Below, piece by piece: positions 49,995-62,985 of a stretch of DNA of 64,000 nucleotides. Origin of the DNA: Eledone cirrhosa (Eukaryota). The notes beneath the pieces were generated by a model, which had not been told where the DNA came from, ran no database searches, and worked only from the letters and a program-made list of their open reading frames with translations. The translations under genes were made by a program, and so were the position numbers. Each line of letters begins with the position of its first letter. The stretch's first letter is position 1. Location of the stretch: positions 9,176,001 to 9,240,000 of the forward strand of contig OZ024753.1 of the NCBI GenBank assembly GCA_964016885.1, in the 5' to 3' direction.

Positions 49995-50580
49995 GTCTTC
50001 CTCTTCTTCTTCTTCTTCTTCTTCTCTCTCTTTCTCACTCCTCCTTTGTCTGCATCTTCTCTTTTGTCTTTCTTCTCTTTCTCTTTCTTTTCTTCGTCTT
50101 TTTTCGTCTTCTCTTTCTTTTCTTCATCTCTTTTTTCTTCTCTTTCTGCTTCAATTTTTCTTCTTTCTTCTTCATCATTTTTCTTCTTTTTCTTCTTCAC
50201 CTTTTTTCTTCCCTTTCTTCTTCATCATTTTTCTTCTTTTTCTTCTTCTTCAACATTTTTCTTCTCTTTCTTCTTTCTCCTTTTTCTTCGCTTTCTTTTC
50301 TTCTCTTTCTTCATCTTTTTTCTTCTTTCTTCATCATCATCTTTTCCTACTTTTTCTTTTTCCCTTTTCTTCCTCTTCTTTCATCATCAACTTCCTCTTA
50401 GATATTATTTATTTAATCCTTTTTTGTTTCCTTATTTACCTCTCCTTCACATGCACTCTCTCCCCCCTCTCTCTCACACACAATCATGCTCTCACTCTCT
50501 CCCTCCCTCACACAGTCATGCTCTCTCTCTCTCTCCCTCCCTCACACAGTCATGTTCTTTTACTCTCTCTCTATCTATTC
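49995..50580. repeat. Polypyrimidine (TTC/CT)-rich tract
   Basis: Direct inspection. Confidence 0.9.
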
Positions 50581-50614
50581 CTTCCAATTATAGTTTCATT
50601 TCAATAGAAACAAT

Positions 50615-51902
50615 TGTTGTATGTGTGTATATATGTTCCAGTGTGTGTGTGTGTGTTTCAGTGCATGTATGTATATGTACGTGTTTCAGTGTGTATGTAT
50701 GTGTGTGTATATATGTTCCAGTGTGTGTGTGTGTTTCAGTGCATGTATGTATATGTACGTGTTTCAGTGTGTATGTATGTGTGTGTATATATGTTCCAGT
50801 GTGTGTGTTTCAGTGCATGTATGTATATGTACGCATTTCAGTGTGTATGTATGTGTGTGTTTCAGTGCATGTATGTATATGTACGCGTTTCAGTGTGTAT
50901 GTATGTGTGTGTATGTATGTGTGTGTGTATGTGTGTGTTTCAGTGCATATATGTATGTATATGTACGCGTTTCAGTGTGTATGTATGTGTGTGTATGTGT
51001 GTGTATATATGTTCCAGTGTGTGTGTGTGTGTTTCAGTGCATGTATGTATATGTATGTGTTTCAGTGTGTATGTATGTGTGTGTATGTGTGTGTATATAT
51101 GTTCCAGTGTGTGTGTTTCAGTGCATGTATGTATATGTACGCATTTCAGTGTGTATGTATGTGTGTGTTTCAGTGCATGTATGTATATGTACGCGTTTCA
51201 GTGTGTATGTATGTGTGTGTATGTGTGTGTATATATGTTCCAGTGTGTGTGTTTCAGTGCATGTATGTATATGTACGCATTTCAGTGTGTATGTATGTGT
51301 GTGTTTCAGTGCATGTATGTATGTATGTGTGTGTTTCAGTGCATGTATGTATGTATGTGTGTGTTTCAGTGCATGTATGTATGTATGTGTACATATATTC
51401 CAGTGCATATGTGTGTGTGTGTTCCAGTATGTATGTATATATACATTTGTTCCAGTATGTATATATATATATACATGTGTTCCAGTATGTATGTATATAT
51501 ACACGTGTTCCAGTATATATATATATATATATATACACATGTGTTCCAGTATGTATGTATATATACATGTGTTCCAATATATATACACGTGCTCCAGTAT
51601 GTATATATATACGTGTTCCAGTATGTATGTATATAATCATGTTTTCCAGTATGTATGTATATATACACGTGCTCCAGTATGTATATATATATACACGTGT
51701 TCCAGTATGTATGTATATATATACATGTGTTCCAGTATGTATGTATATATACATGTGTTCCAGTATATATATATATATATTATATATATATCTCAGGAAT
51801 TTTACCCGCCTTAGATATATATATATATATATACATGTTCCAGTATATATATATATATATATATACACATGTTCCAGTATATATATATATACATGTGTTC
51901 CA

Positions 51903-51968
<66 letters not shown>

Positions 51969-51980
51969 GTTCCAGTATAT
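50615..51980. repeat. (TG)/(TA) microsatellite punctuated by TTTCAGT / TTCCAGT
   Basis: Direct inspection; shifts from TG-rich to TA-rich left to right. Confidence 0.93.
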
Positions 51981-52164
51981 TCTAAAGTAGCTACTAATAC
52001 CATCTTTTGAATAATTTTCCATGTAATTTCCTTTCTACTTTGTAAAACTTTCTCCTACACTTACTTTCCCTCACCCTCTCACCCTCTCACTTACTCCCTC
52101 TCGCTCACCCTCTCCCTCTCCTTCTCAAAACTTTCTTTTCCCCTCAATCTATGTCTCTCAAAGG

Positions 52165-53458
52165 CCGCCATCTAACAACACCTCCCTCTCACAACATCCA
52201 CCATCTCACAACAGTCACCATCTAACAATATCTCCCTCTCACAACAGCCACCATCTCACAACACCTTCCTCTCACAACACCCTCCTCTCACAACATCCAC
52301 CATCTCACAACAGCCACCATCTAACAACATCTCCCTCTCACAACAGTCACCATCTAACAACATCTCCCTCTCACAACACCCTCCTCTCACAACAGCCACC
52401 ATCTCACAACAGTCACCATCTAACAACATCTCCCTCTCACAACACCCTCCTCTCACAACATCCACCATCTCACAACATCTCCCTCTCACAACACCCTCCT
52501 CTCACAACAGCCACCATCTAACAACATCTCCCTCTCACAACAGCCACCATCTCACAACAGCCACCATCTCACAACACCCTCCTCTCACAACAGCCACCAT
52601 CTCACAACAGCCACCATCTAACAACATCTCCCTCTCACAACAGCCACCATCTCACAACACCCTCCTCTCACAACAGCCACCATCTCACAACAGTCACCAT
52701 CTAACAACATCTCCCTCTCACAACAGCCATCATCTAACAACATCTCCCTCTCACAACAGCCACCATCTCACAACACCCTCCTCTCACAACAGCCACCATC
52801 TCACAACAGTCACCATCTAACAACATCTCCCTCTCACAACAGCCATCATCTAACAACATCTCCCTCTCACAACAGCCACCATCTCACAACACCCTCCTCT
52901 CACAACAGCCACCATCTCACAACAGTCACCATCTGACAACATCTCCCTCTCACAACAGCCACCATCTCACAACACCCTCCTCTCACAACAGCCACCATCT
53001 CACAACAGTCACCATCTAACAACATCTCCTCTCACAACAGCCACCATCTCACAACACCCTCCTCTCACAACAGCCACCATCTCACAACAGTCACCATCTA
53101 ACAACATCTCCCTCTCACAACAGCCATCATCTAACAACATCTCCCTCTCACAACAGCCACCATCTCACAACACCCTCCTCTCACAACAGCCACCATCTCA
53201 CAACAGCCACCATCTAACAACATCTCCCTCTCACAACAGCCACCATCTAACAACACCCTCCTCTCACAACAGCCACCATCTCACAACAGTCACCATCTAA
53301 CAACATCTCCCTCTCACAACAGCCACCATCTCACAACAGCCACCATCTCACAACAGCCACCATCTCACAACAGTCACCATCTAACAACATCTCCCTCTCA
53401 CAACAGCCATCATCTCACAACAGCCATCATCTCACAACAGCCACAATCTCACAACACT
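52165..53458. repeat. Composite 16-17-bp minisatellite with higher-order structure
   Basis: Monomers CTCACAACAGCCACCAT, CTCACAACACCCTCCT and CTAACAACATCTCCCT in recurring orders. Confidence 0.95.
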
Positions 53459-54414
53459 CTTCCATTCCACTCCTCTTAAATCCTCTACCCTTCACTACCA
53501 CCACCTCCAGCCCCACCACCACCACACCCATCACTACCTCCAGCCCCACCATCCCCACACCATCACCACCACCTCTACTAACACCAACACACCCTTTATC
53601 TCTACCACCACCTACACCAGCCCCACCACCACCACCCAACTCTTCACCACCACCACCTTCACCTCTACTAACACCAACACACCCTTCATCTCTACCACCA
53701 CCTACACCACCACCACCACCACCAAACTCTTCACCACCACCACCTTCACCTCTACTAACACCAACACACCATCTCTACCACCACCTACACCACCACCACC
53801 ACCACCACCCTCGCTGCTACCAACACACCCTTCACGTCTACCACCTACACCACCGTCACCAACACACCATTCATCACCATCACTACTACCACCACCTCAC
53901 CCTTCACCACTAGCCCCACCTTTCACCACCACCACCACCTCTACTACACTATAGTACCTGGTACCTAATCTCTATTCAATACATTCTCTACATGATACAT
54001 TGAAACTATTAAACTAGATGTTCGTTGAGTTTTTTGGGGAGTGGGGGTGATGTTTTTTGTTTGTTTGATTGTTATTTGTTGTTTTTGCTTTTATTTTATT
54101 TGATTTTTAATTTCTTTTTCTTTATAATTAAATTTATTTTAATTTCTATAGAAAATAAAAATAGAAAATTAAGCTATTTTCTCTTCTTTTTACCAGATAA
54201 TTTTTCCTTTATTAAATATATATATTAATATTCGTTATAGCCCATACATACATATATATGTGTCTGTATGTGTATATGTATTTATATATATATGTGTGTG
54301 TATGTGTGGGTACGTATGCATACTTACATAAATATATATATATATGTAAATATATATATATATATATATGTGTGTAAATATATATATATGTGTGTAAATA
54401 TATATATATATATG

Positions 54415-54487
<73 letters not shown>

Positions 54488-54601
54488 GTATGTATGTATG
54501 TATGTAAATATGTGTACATAATGTGTGCATGTATGTATAAATCTAACCCTTGCTAGCAGGGTAAACGGATATTAAACAATGATAATGTTATATATATGTA
54601 C

Positions 54602-54703
<102 letters not shown>

Positions 54704-54914
54704 AAATATATATAGAGAGATACATACTTAGAAACACACACAACACAGCATGACATACTTATATTAGTATAATATATAGTAATAATAAATGTGAAGACTA
54801 AAATTAGTATATATATATATATATATATATATGCATGTATATATATATATATTATAATTATATTTGTATTGAAGCATTATCCATAAGTGTGTCAGCATAT
54901 AAGTTCATGCATAT

Positions 54915-54984
<70 letters not shown>

Positions 54985-55050
54985 ATATATACATACATTT
55001 ATATATATACACACATATATATATTTATATACACACACACACATATATAT

Positions 55051-55088
<38 letters not shown>

Positions 55089-55124
55089 TAGTATGTGTGC
55101 ATATAGATACAACAACACACACAA

Positions 55125-55203
<79 letters not shown>

Positions 55204-55469
55204 AATTCTATATTCTTTGTTGAATTATGTCAGTCTATTTCTTTTACTTGAGGTTTATAGTATATATATATTTTTGACAGTTCATTATTCCATTCAATTA
55301 TTATTTCACTATCTTTACGACATAGTTTCTTTATCATTTCTTTGTCTGTTTTTTTTTTTTACTGTTGTTCTTGTTGTTGTTGTTGTTGTTGTTGTTGTCG
55401 TCGTCGTCGTTTTTAATTTTTCTCTAATATTGATGCTTCAGAAATATTTCAGATTTACAGCGTATCATA

Positions 55470-55655
55470 GTTGTTTCTACTTTAGGCACAAGGTCAGCAA
55501 TTACCCAGAGTGCATCACTGGTACTTTATTTTATCGACCCCTTAAGGATGAAAGGCAAAGTTAACCTCGGCGGGATTTGAACTCAGATTGCAAAGGGACG
55601 TAACTATGCCGGACAGCCTGGCGTCCGACCCTCTACCGATACTGCCAGTCCACCA
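55470..55655 (-). mobile_element. Family A SINE
   Basis: Full consensus on the minus strand. Confidence 0.9.
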
Positions 55656-55861
55656 ATGTGTCATAATGTAGGTTGTTTTTGTTGGGTGTTTTGTGCGTGT
55701 TGTTGTTGTTGTTTTGTGGGTGTTGTTGTTGTTTTGTGGGTGTTGTTGTTGTTGTTTTGTGGGTGTTGTTGTTGTTAATTGAATTAAAATGTATAGTCAA
55801 AAGTAAAAGGGGAAATGAGGAAGTGATCGGAGGGGAGTGAGAAACATTGTGAGATAGATAA

Positions 55862-57045
55862 ATGATGATGATGGCGGTAGTGGTGGTGGTGATTATGGTG
55901 GTGGTGGTGGTGATGATGGTGATGATGATGGTAGTGGTGGTAGTGGTGGTAGGGGTGGTAATGATGATGATGATAATGAGGATGATGGTGGTGTCGGTGT
56001 TGGTAGTATTGGTGTTGGTGGTGATGGTAGTGGTGGTAGGGGTGGTAGTGTTGGTGTTGGTGGTGATGGTAGTGGTGGTAGGGGTGGTAATGATGATGGT
56101 GGTGTTGGTAGTGTTGGTGTTGGTGGTGATGGTAGTGGTGGTAGGGGTGGTAATGATGATGGTGGTGTTGGTAGTGTTGGTGTTGGTGGTGATGGTAGTG
56201 GTGGTAGGGGTGGTAATGATGATGATGGTGGTGATGGTAGTGGTGTCGGTGTTGGTAGTGTTGGTGTTGGTGGTGGTGGTAGGGGTGGTAATGATGATGA
56301 TGATGATGGTGGTAATGTTGATAATGATGATGGTAGTGGTGGTAGTGGTGGTAGTGGTGGTAGTGGTGGTAGTGGTGGTAATGATGATGATAGTGAGGAT
56401 GATGATGGTGGTAATGTTGATGATGATGGTGGTGTCGGTGTTGGTAGTGGTGGTAATGATAATGATGATGATGTGGTGGTGGTGGTGGTGATTATGATGA
56501 TGATAATGGTGGTGATGATGATGATGGTGGTGGTGGTGATGGTGGTGGTGGTGGTCATGATAGCGGAGGGGGGGGGGGGTGCTGATGATAATGACGATGA
56601 GGAAGATGATGGTGGTGATGGTGGTGATAGTGGTGGAGGGAGGGTTTATGATATTGGTGTTGTTGGTGGTGTTGTTAGTGATAGCGGTGGAGGTGGTGAG
56701 GATGATGGTGGTGTTGGTGTTGGTGTTAATTTTGTTGTTGTTGTTGGTGGTGGTGGTGTTAATGGTGTTGTTGTTGTTGGTGGTGGTGGTGTTAATGGTG
56801 TTGTTGTTGTTGGTGGTGGTGGTGTTAATGGTGTTGTTGTTGTTGGTGGTGGTGGTGTTAATGGTGGTGTTGTTGTTGGTGGTGGTGGTGTTAATGGTGT
56901 TGTTGTTGTTGGTGGTGGTGGTGTTAATGGTGTTGTTGTTGTTGGTGGTGGTGGTGTTAATGGTGTTGTTGTTGTTGGTGGTGGTGGTGTTAATGGTGTT
57001 GTTGTTGTTGGTGGTGGTGGTGTTAATGGTGGTGTTGTTGGTGGA
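55862..57045. repeat. (GGT/GAT/GTT)n trinucleotide-derived block with 60-bp and 30-bp higher-order units
   Basis: GGTGTTAATGGTGTTGTTGTTGTTGGTGGT repeated about 9 times at 56725-57040. Confidence 0.93.
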
Positions 57046-57283
57046 CAAGGTGAACCGGAGGAAGGACTTCATCATGGCACCGGTAATGGATGTATACATG
57101 TATACATATATAATCATCATCATCATCATCATTTAACATCCACCATCCCTGTTAGTAAGGTTTGGGTAGGTCTCTGAGACCGAGTCAGCACTACAGGAGG
57201 ACTGTTGCTCACCCAGACAGATTTGTAGCTAAATACGAGAAAATATTTTGTTGAAATGTTGCTCTAATGGTTCCAACAATCCC

Positions 57284-58393
57284 TTGCCATCCCGCTCTAG
57301 TCTACTAATAGCAGCTCTTTCTAACATTGGAACAAGGGCAGCAGTTTTGGGGAAGAGAAAAGTCGATTAAATTGACCCCAGTGTATGACTGGTACTTGCC
57401 ATCCCACTCTAGTCTACTAATAGCAGCTCTTTCTAACATTGGAACAAGGGCAGCAGTTTTGGGGAAGAGGAAAGTCGATTAAATTGACCCCAGTGCATGA
57501 CTGGTACTTGCCATCCCACTCTAGTCTACTAATAGCAGCTCTTTCTAACATTGGAACAAGGGCAGCAGTTTTGGGGAAGAGAAAAGTCGATTAAATTGAC
57601 CCCAGTGCATGACTGGTACTTGCCATCCCGCTCTCGTCTACTAATAGCAGCTCTTTCTAACATTGGAACAAGGGCAGCAGTTTTGGGGAAGAGGAAAGTC
57701 GATTAAATTGACCCCAGTGTATGACTGGTACTTGCCATCCCGCTCTAGTCTACTAATAGCTCTTTCTAACATTGGAACAAGGGCAGCAGTTTTGGGGAAG
57801 AGGAAAGTCGATTAAATTGACCCCAGTGCATGACTGGTACTTGCCATCCCGCTCTAGTCTACTAATAGCTCTTTCTAACATTGGAACAAGGGCAGCAGTT
57901 TTGGGGAAGAGAAAAGTCGATTAAATTGACCCCAGTGCATGACTGGTACTTGCCATCCCGCTCTCGTCTACTAATAGCAGCTCTTTCTAACATTGGAACA
58001 AGGGCAGCAGTTTTGGGGAAGAGGAAAGTCGATTAAATTGACGCCAGTGTATGACTGGTACTTGCCATCCCGCTCTCGTCTACTAATAGCAGCTCTTTCT
58101 AACATTGGAACAAGGGCAGCAGTTTTGTGGAAGAGAAAAGTCGATTAAATTGACCCCAGTGCATGACTGGTACTTGCCATCCCGCTCTAGTCTACTAATA
58201 GCTCTTTCTAACATTGGAACAAGGGCAGCAGTTTTGGGGAAGAGAAAAGTCGATTAAATTGACCCCAGTGCATGACTGGTACTTGCCATCCCGCTCTAGT
58301 CTACTAATAGCTCTTTCTAACATTGGAACAAGGGCAGCAGTTTTGGGGAAGAGAAAAGTCGATTAAATTGACCCCAGTGTATGACTGGTACTT
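57284..58393. repeat. 112/109-bp minisatellite, 10 units, built from a family A SINE tail plus flank
   Basis: TTGCC at 57284, 57396, 57508, 57620, 57732, 57841, 57950, 58062, 58174 and 58283; the last unit continues into the SINE core (58394-58475, minus strand). Confidence 0.95.
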
Positions 58394-58562
58394 TATTTTA
58401 TCGGCCCCATAAAAATGAAAAGTAAAGTTGACCTCTGATGTAATTTGACCTCTGAACATAAAGGGACATAACTAAAACCATCACACTGACAGATGTTCTT
58501 GAAGATGACACATCTTTTCCTTTTAATCCTACACTGTAACAAGTCTTTATAGAAAGGGGTTG

Positions 58563-58823
58563 AAAAGCAACCACCAAATATTTAAAGTCAATATGGTATA
58601 TTCTAAATGTTTTATTTATAAGTTATATAAATACTCACAAATAATATTATTGTGTGTGTGTGTTTGTGTGTATATATGAGAGAGAGAGAGAGAGAAATAG
58701 AAGAAGAGAGAGTGACAATTATATGTGTGTGCGTCTATGTGAGAGAGAGAAACAATTATATTGTGTGTGTGTGTATGTGTGAGAGAGAGAGAGAGAGAAA
58801 CAATTATATTGTGTGTGTGTGTA

Positions 58824-58867
<44 letters not shown>

Positions 58868-58952
58868 ATATTATTTGTGAGTATTTATATAACTTATAAA
58901 TAAAACATTTAGAATATACCATATTGATTTTTAATATTTGGTGGTTGCTTTT
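58563..58952. repeat. Inverted repeat, 89-bp arms around a (TG)/(AG) microsatellite spacer
   Basis: 58563-58651 vs 58864-58952, about 2 mismatches. Confidence 0.93.
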
Positions 58953-59245
58953 AGATAATTAAACTGTAGAATCTCCTCCACTGGGTCAGCTAGTTGTAAC
59001 AGAGATAGAATAGATAGAGTTTATATGCAACTCACTTTCTTACATGTCGTTATAGTGAGGTGATCAATGAGGATTCATATTTCAGCTGTATAACTTTTAC
59101 TTTTGGATTCTATCAAGATCCTAGAGTGTGAAAATAGTTGTACTGACCTAAATATATGTGAGAATAATATATGATGTACACATGACTTTTAGATGGTCAG
59201 CAGCTCTGGAAAGATGAGTAATTAGTAGTGTAATAACTCTATCAT

Positions 59246-59402
59246 GAAGGTGCGAGGCTTTATGGTTAAAGAGTTGGATTCATAATTGCGGGATTGTGAG
59301 TTGGATTCCCGGACCAGGTGATGTGTTATGTCCTTGAGCAAGACACTTTATTTCATGTTGCTCCTTCTGCCAGGAGTTGTGGCTAGTAGATAGTATCAGC
59401 AA
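59246..59402 (+). mobile_element. Family B-head SINE subfamily
   Basis: Matches 24789-24945. Confidence 0.8.
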
Positions 59403-59486
59403 AAAAGTTTTTAGTTTGATGGGTTTGTCCCATTTAGAGGCAAGTTGGGTTGGGTGACTCTGTCTCTCTCATATAGGGGTGTTTCT

Positions 59487-60530
59487 GGCTGGTTTTCTAT
59501 GACTGGATGCCTTTCCTAACACCAACCACACTGACAGTATGTGCTGGGTGATTTGGGGCTGGTTTTCTATGACTGGATGCCCTTCCTAACACCAACCACA
59601 CTGACAGTGTGTGCTGGGTAATTTGGGGCTGGTTTTCTATGACTGGATGCCCTTCCTAACACCAACCACACTGACAGTGTGTGCTGGGTGATTTGGGGCT
59701 GGTTTTCTATGACTGGATGCCCTTCCTAACACCAACCACACTGACAGTGTGTGCTGGGTGATTTGGGGCTGGTTTTCTATGACTGGATGCCCTTCCTAAC
59801 ACCAACCACACTGACAGTGTGTGCTGGGTGATTTGGGGCTGGTTTTCTATGACTGGATGCCCTTCCTAACACCAACCACACTGACAGTGTGTGCTGGGTG
59901 ATTTGGGGCTGGTTTTCTATGACTGGATGCCCTTCCTAACACCAACCACACTGACAGTGTGTGCTGGGTGATTTGGGGCTGGTTTTCTATGACTGGATGC
60001 CCTTCCTAACACCAACCACACTGACAGTGTGTGCTGGGTGATTTGGGGCTGGTTTTCTATGACTGGATGCCCTTTCTAACACCAACCACACTGACAGTGT
60101 GTGCTGGGTGATTTGGGGCTGGTTTTCTATGACTGGATGCCCTTCCTAACACCAACCACACTGACAGTGTGTGCTGGGTAATTTGGGGCTGGTTTTCTAT
60201 GACTGGATGCCCTTCCTAACACCAACCACACTGACAGTGTGTGCTGGGTAATTTGGGGCTGGTTTTCTATGACTGGATGCCCTTCCTAACACCAACCACA
60301 CTGACAGTGTGTGCTGGGTGATTTGGGGCTGGTTTTCTACGACTGGATGCCCTTCCTAACACCAACCACACTGACAGTGTGTGCTGGGTAATTTGGGGCT
60401 GGTTTTCTATGACTGGATGCCCTTCCTAACACCAACCACACTGACAGTGTGTGCTGGGTGATTTGGGGCTGGTTTTCTACGACTGGATGCCCTTCCTAAC
60501 ACCGACCACATTAACAGTGTGTGCTGGGTG
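59487..60530. repeat. 70-bp minisatellite, 15 units, inside a minus-strand SINE-B 3' region
   Basis: Unit GGCTGGTTTTCTATGACTGGATGCCCTTCCTAACACCAACCACACTGACAGTGTGTGCTGGGTGATTTGG is the antisense of the GGTTGGTGTTAGGAAGGGCATCCAG block. Confidence 0.96.
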
Positions 60531-60793
60531 CTTTTTGCAGTGTCTTTTACATGTCCCCTTTACAGTGTGGGCTAGGTGTTTTGGTGCTGGTTTTCTACAG
60601 TTGGATGCCTTTCCTAAAGCCAACCATATTGACAGCGCATGGTTAGTGCTAGATATAGAGCTTAGTGTTGTTTAGAAAATTAGATAGGGAAATATATATA
60701 TATTGTGTTCTAAGGAGGTTGTTTGGTAAAACAGGAGCAAGCAGGAGAAAGCTCTCAACATTTGTAGTTTGTAGTTATGATGGAGATTCAGTA

Positions 60794-61178
60794 TAATAAT
60801 AACATTAATAAAGATGCTGATTTTACGAAAAATTGCTTATTCATTATAATTATTTCAACGGTTCTCCTATCCAATCAAGATGTAATTCATGCATTTGTTG
60901 TTGTTATGAGAACGGTATCCTCAGATGAAATTCGATTTTGTGATATGCTGCTGGCAGGAAAAAAAAAATGGTATGTCTGCTGGACGCACGGGCAGAAGGA
61001 TGTGTGTTTCTTTTCTTGCCAGCAGTATATCACAAAATCGAATTTCATCTGAGGAAACCGTTCTCATAACAACAACAAATGCATGAATTACATCTTGATT
61101 GCATAGGAGAACCATTGAAATGTTTTTAATGAATAAACGATTTATGTAATGCCAGCATCTTTATTAATGTTATTATTA
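60794..61178. repeat. Diverged inverted repeat, ~173-bp arms, 38-bp spacer
   Basis: 60794-60968 vs 61007-61178. Confidence 0.92.
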
Positions 61179-61190
61179 TTATTACATAAG

Positions 61191-61392
61191 GGTGGTGGAT
61201 TGGCAGTATCGGTAGAGGGTCTGACGCCATGCTTTGCAACAAAGAATTATGGCCCTTTATGGTCTGAGTTCAAATCCCGCCCAGGTTAACTTTGCCTTTC
61301 ATCCTTACAGGGTCGATAAAATAAAGTACCAGTAATATACTGGAATAATTGGTGGCCTTGTGCCAAAGGTAGAAACAATTATTATTATTATT
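61191..61392 (+). mobile_element. Family A SINE
   Basis: Full consensus with (ATT)n tail. Confidence 0.92.
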
Positions 61393-61414
61393 AAATATAT
61401 ATATATATATATAT

Positions 61415-61531
61415 AAGTGGTTACACAACAGTTAGTTCACCATACCGAGAACAATTGTTTCACGAGCTGAGGATCCGCTAAGGTGAAACAATTGTTCTCG
61501 GTATGGTGAACTAACTGTTGTGTAACCACTT
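61415..61531. repeat. Perfect palindrome, 49-bp arms, 19-bp spacer
   Basis: 61415-61463 vs 61483-61531. Confidence 0.95.
61463..61500 (+). ncRNA. Type I minimal hammerhead ribozyme motif (Penelope type)
   Basis: CGAG-CTGAGGA-tCCgctaaGGt-GAAAC-AATT-GTT-CTCG: intact core, palindromic loop 3, weak stem II. Confidence 0.72.
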
Positions 61532-61574
61532 CTACCTAACTCGTCCCATAGACTGAGTGCTCTACCACTACGGA

Positions 61575-61972
61575 TATTGTTAACCATCTTGCCAACAACA
61601 ACCCTGAGTACCTTTTTGATTTCCATGTGTCTAACACACGTGGACATGCCCACAAAGTCAGAAAACAGCACAGTTCCCATGACTTTCGGAAACATTTTTT
61701 CACGCTCAGAGTTGCTGAAGCATGGAACAAACTACCTGCATCAGTTGTTAGCTGTCGAGACACTGCATCCTTTAAGGCTTCCATGCTTCCCGAGATCCGC
61801 CAACACTACAGCTAATGTTCCCCCTCCATACACCTACACACATGTATACCATGACTCATACACTATTCACTTCCCTGACATTTGTGTATTATTCTATGTA
61901 CTATACATACACCTTTGACGAGTTGTAGTGCACCTGAGCACTTTACACAATAATTTCATTATTATTATATTA
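61575..61972 (+). mobile_element. CR1-clade LINE 3' end
   Basis: SNTRGHAHKVRKQHSSHDFRKHFFTLRVAEAWNKLPASVV...FK matches the TRGH..RK.FF..RV...WN.LP motif; (ATT)n tail. Confidence 0.92.
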
Positions 61973-61988
61973 CCTTCCAGTGTTCTAC

Positions 61989-62020
<32 letters not shown>

Positions 62021-62061
62021 GATAATAAGGTCGCTGCGGAGTTGCAAATGGGTTACATATG

Positions 62062-62773
62062 AAAAAGTTTGTCCTTCATCAGTGATCTTCCAACTATCAT
62101 AGGCATTTCATCGCTTTAAAGACCATATACCTCCGGTTGGTGCGAGCAATGGCTAAAAAAAGTCGTTGGGACACGTAAATAAAGGGGACGCGAGGGTAAA
62201 CAAACAAAATGGTGAGGCAACAGAAAGTGAGGAAGAAGGAGACAAGTCCCAGATTTCTATGAATTTAAGTTCGGTGAAATCGTGAACGAGAGAATAAAGA
62301 CCATCAAACCTGGTTGAAATGTGAGCAAGGAAGGAATTTCGCACAGGTCTAACGGGAGGAAGAAGGGGTCTGGTCTGCGAATTCGGTAAACATAAGTTCT
62401 GTGAAATCGTAGACGAGAGAGAAAAAATTCCGACCAGCTTGGCCGAGAATGTGAGAGAAAAGAGTTACTCACAGGTCAAACGTTAGACCTGTGCGAAATT
62501 CCTTCCTTGCTCACATTTCAACCAGGTTTGATGGTCTTTATTCTCTCGTTCACGATTTCACCGAACTTAAATTCATAGAAATCTGGGACTTGTCTCCTTC
62601 TTCCTCATTTTCTGTTGCCTCACCATTTTGTTTGTTTACCCTCGCGTCCCCTTTATTTACGTGTCCCAACGACTTTTTTTAGCCGTTGCTCGCACCAACC
62701 GGAGGTATATGGTCTTTAAAGCGATGAAATGCCTATGATAGTTGGAAGATCACTGATGAAGGACAAACTTTTT
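62062..62773. repeat. Near-perfect inverted repeat, 293-bp arms, 126-bp spacer
   Basis: 62062-62354 vs 62481-62773, two mismatches seen; explains the twin 63-aa ORFs on opposite strands. Confidence 0.96.
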
Positions 62774-62804
<31 letters not shown>

Positions 62805-62948
62805 GACACACACACACGTTTATGTATTTGTTCAGCAAGAATCTTGATTTGAAATCCTGTGTTGAAACTGATATTGTTATATCTGGAAATGGTCATTTTA
62901 CCAATTGAACACAAGCATGTTTTCAATTGGTAAAATGACCATTCCCCG

Positions 62949-62985
<37 letters not shown>

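Noticed and set aside
62153-62682. Twin 63-aa ORFs on opposite strands
   Set aside because: A by-product of the 293-bp inverted repeat; GTG starts and no recognisable domain.
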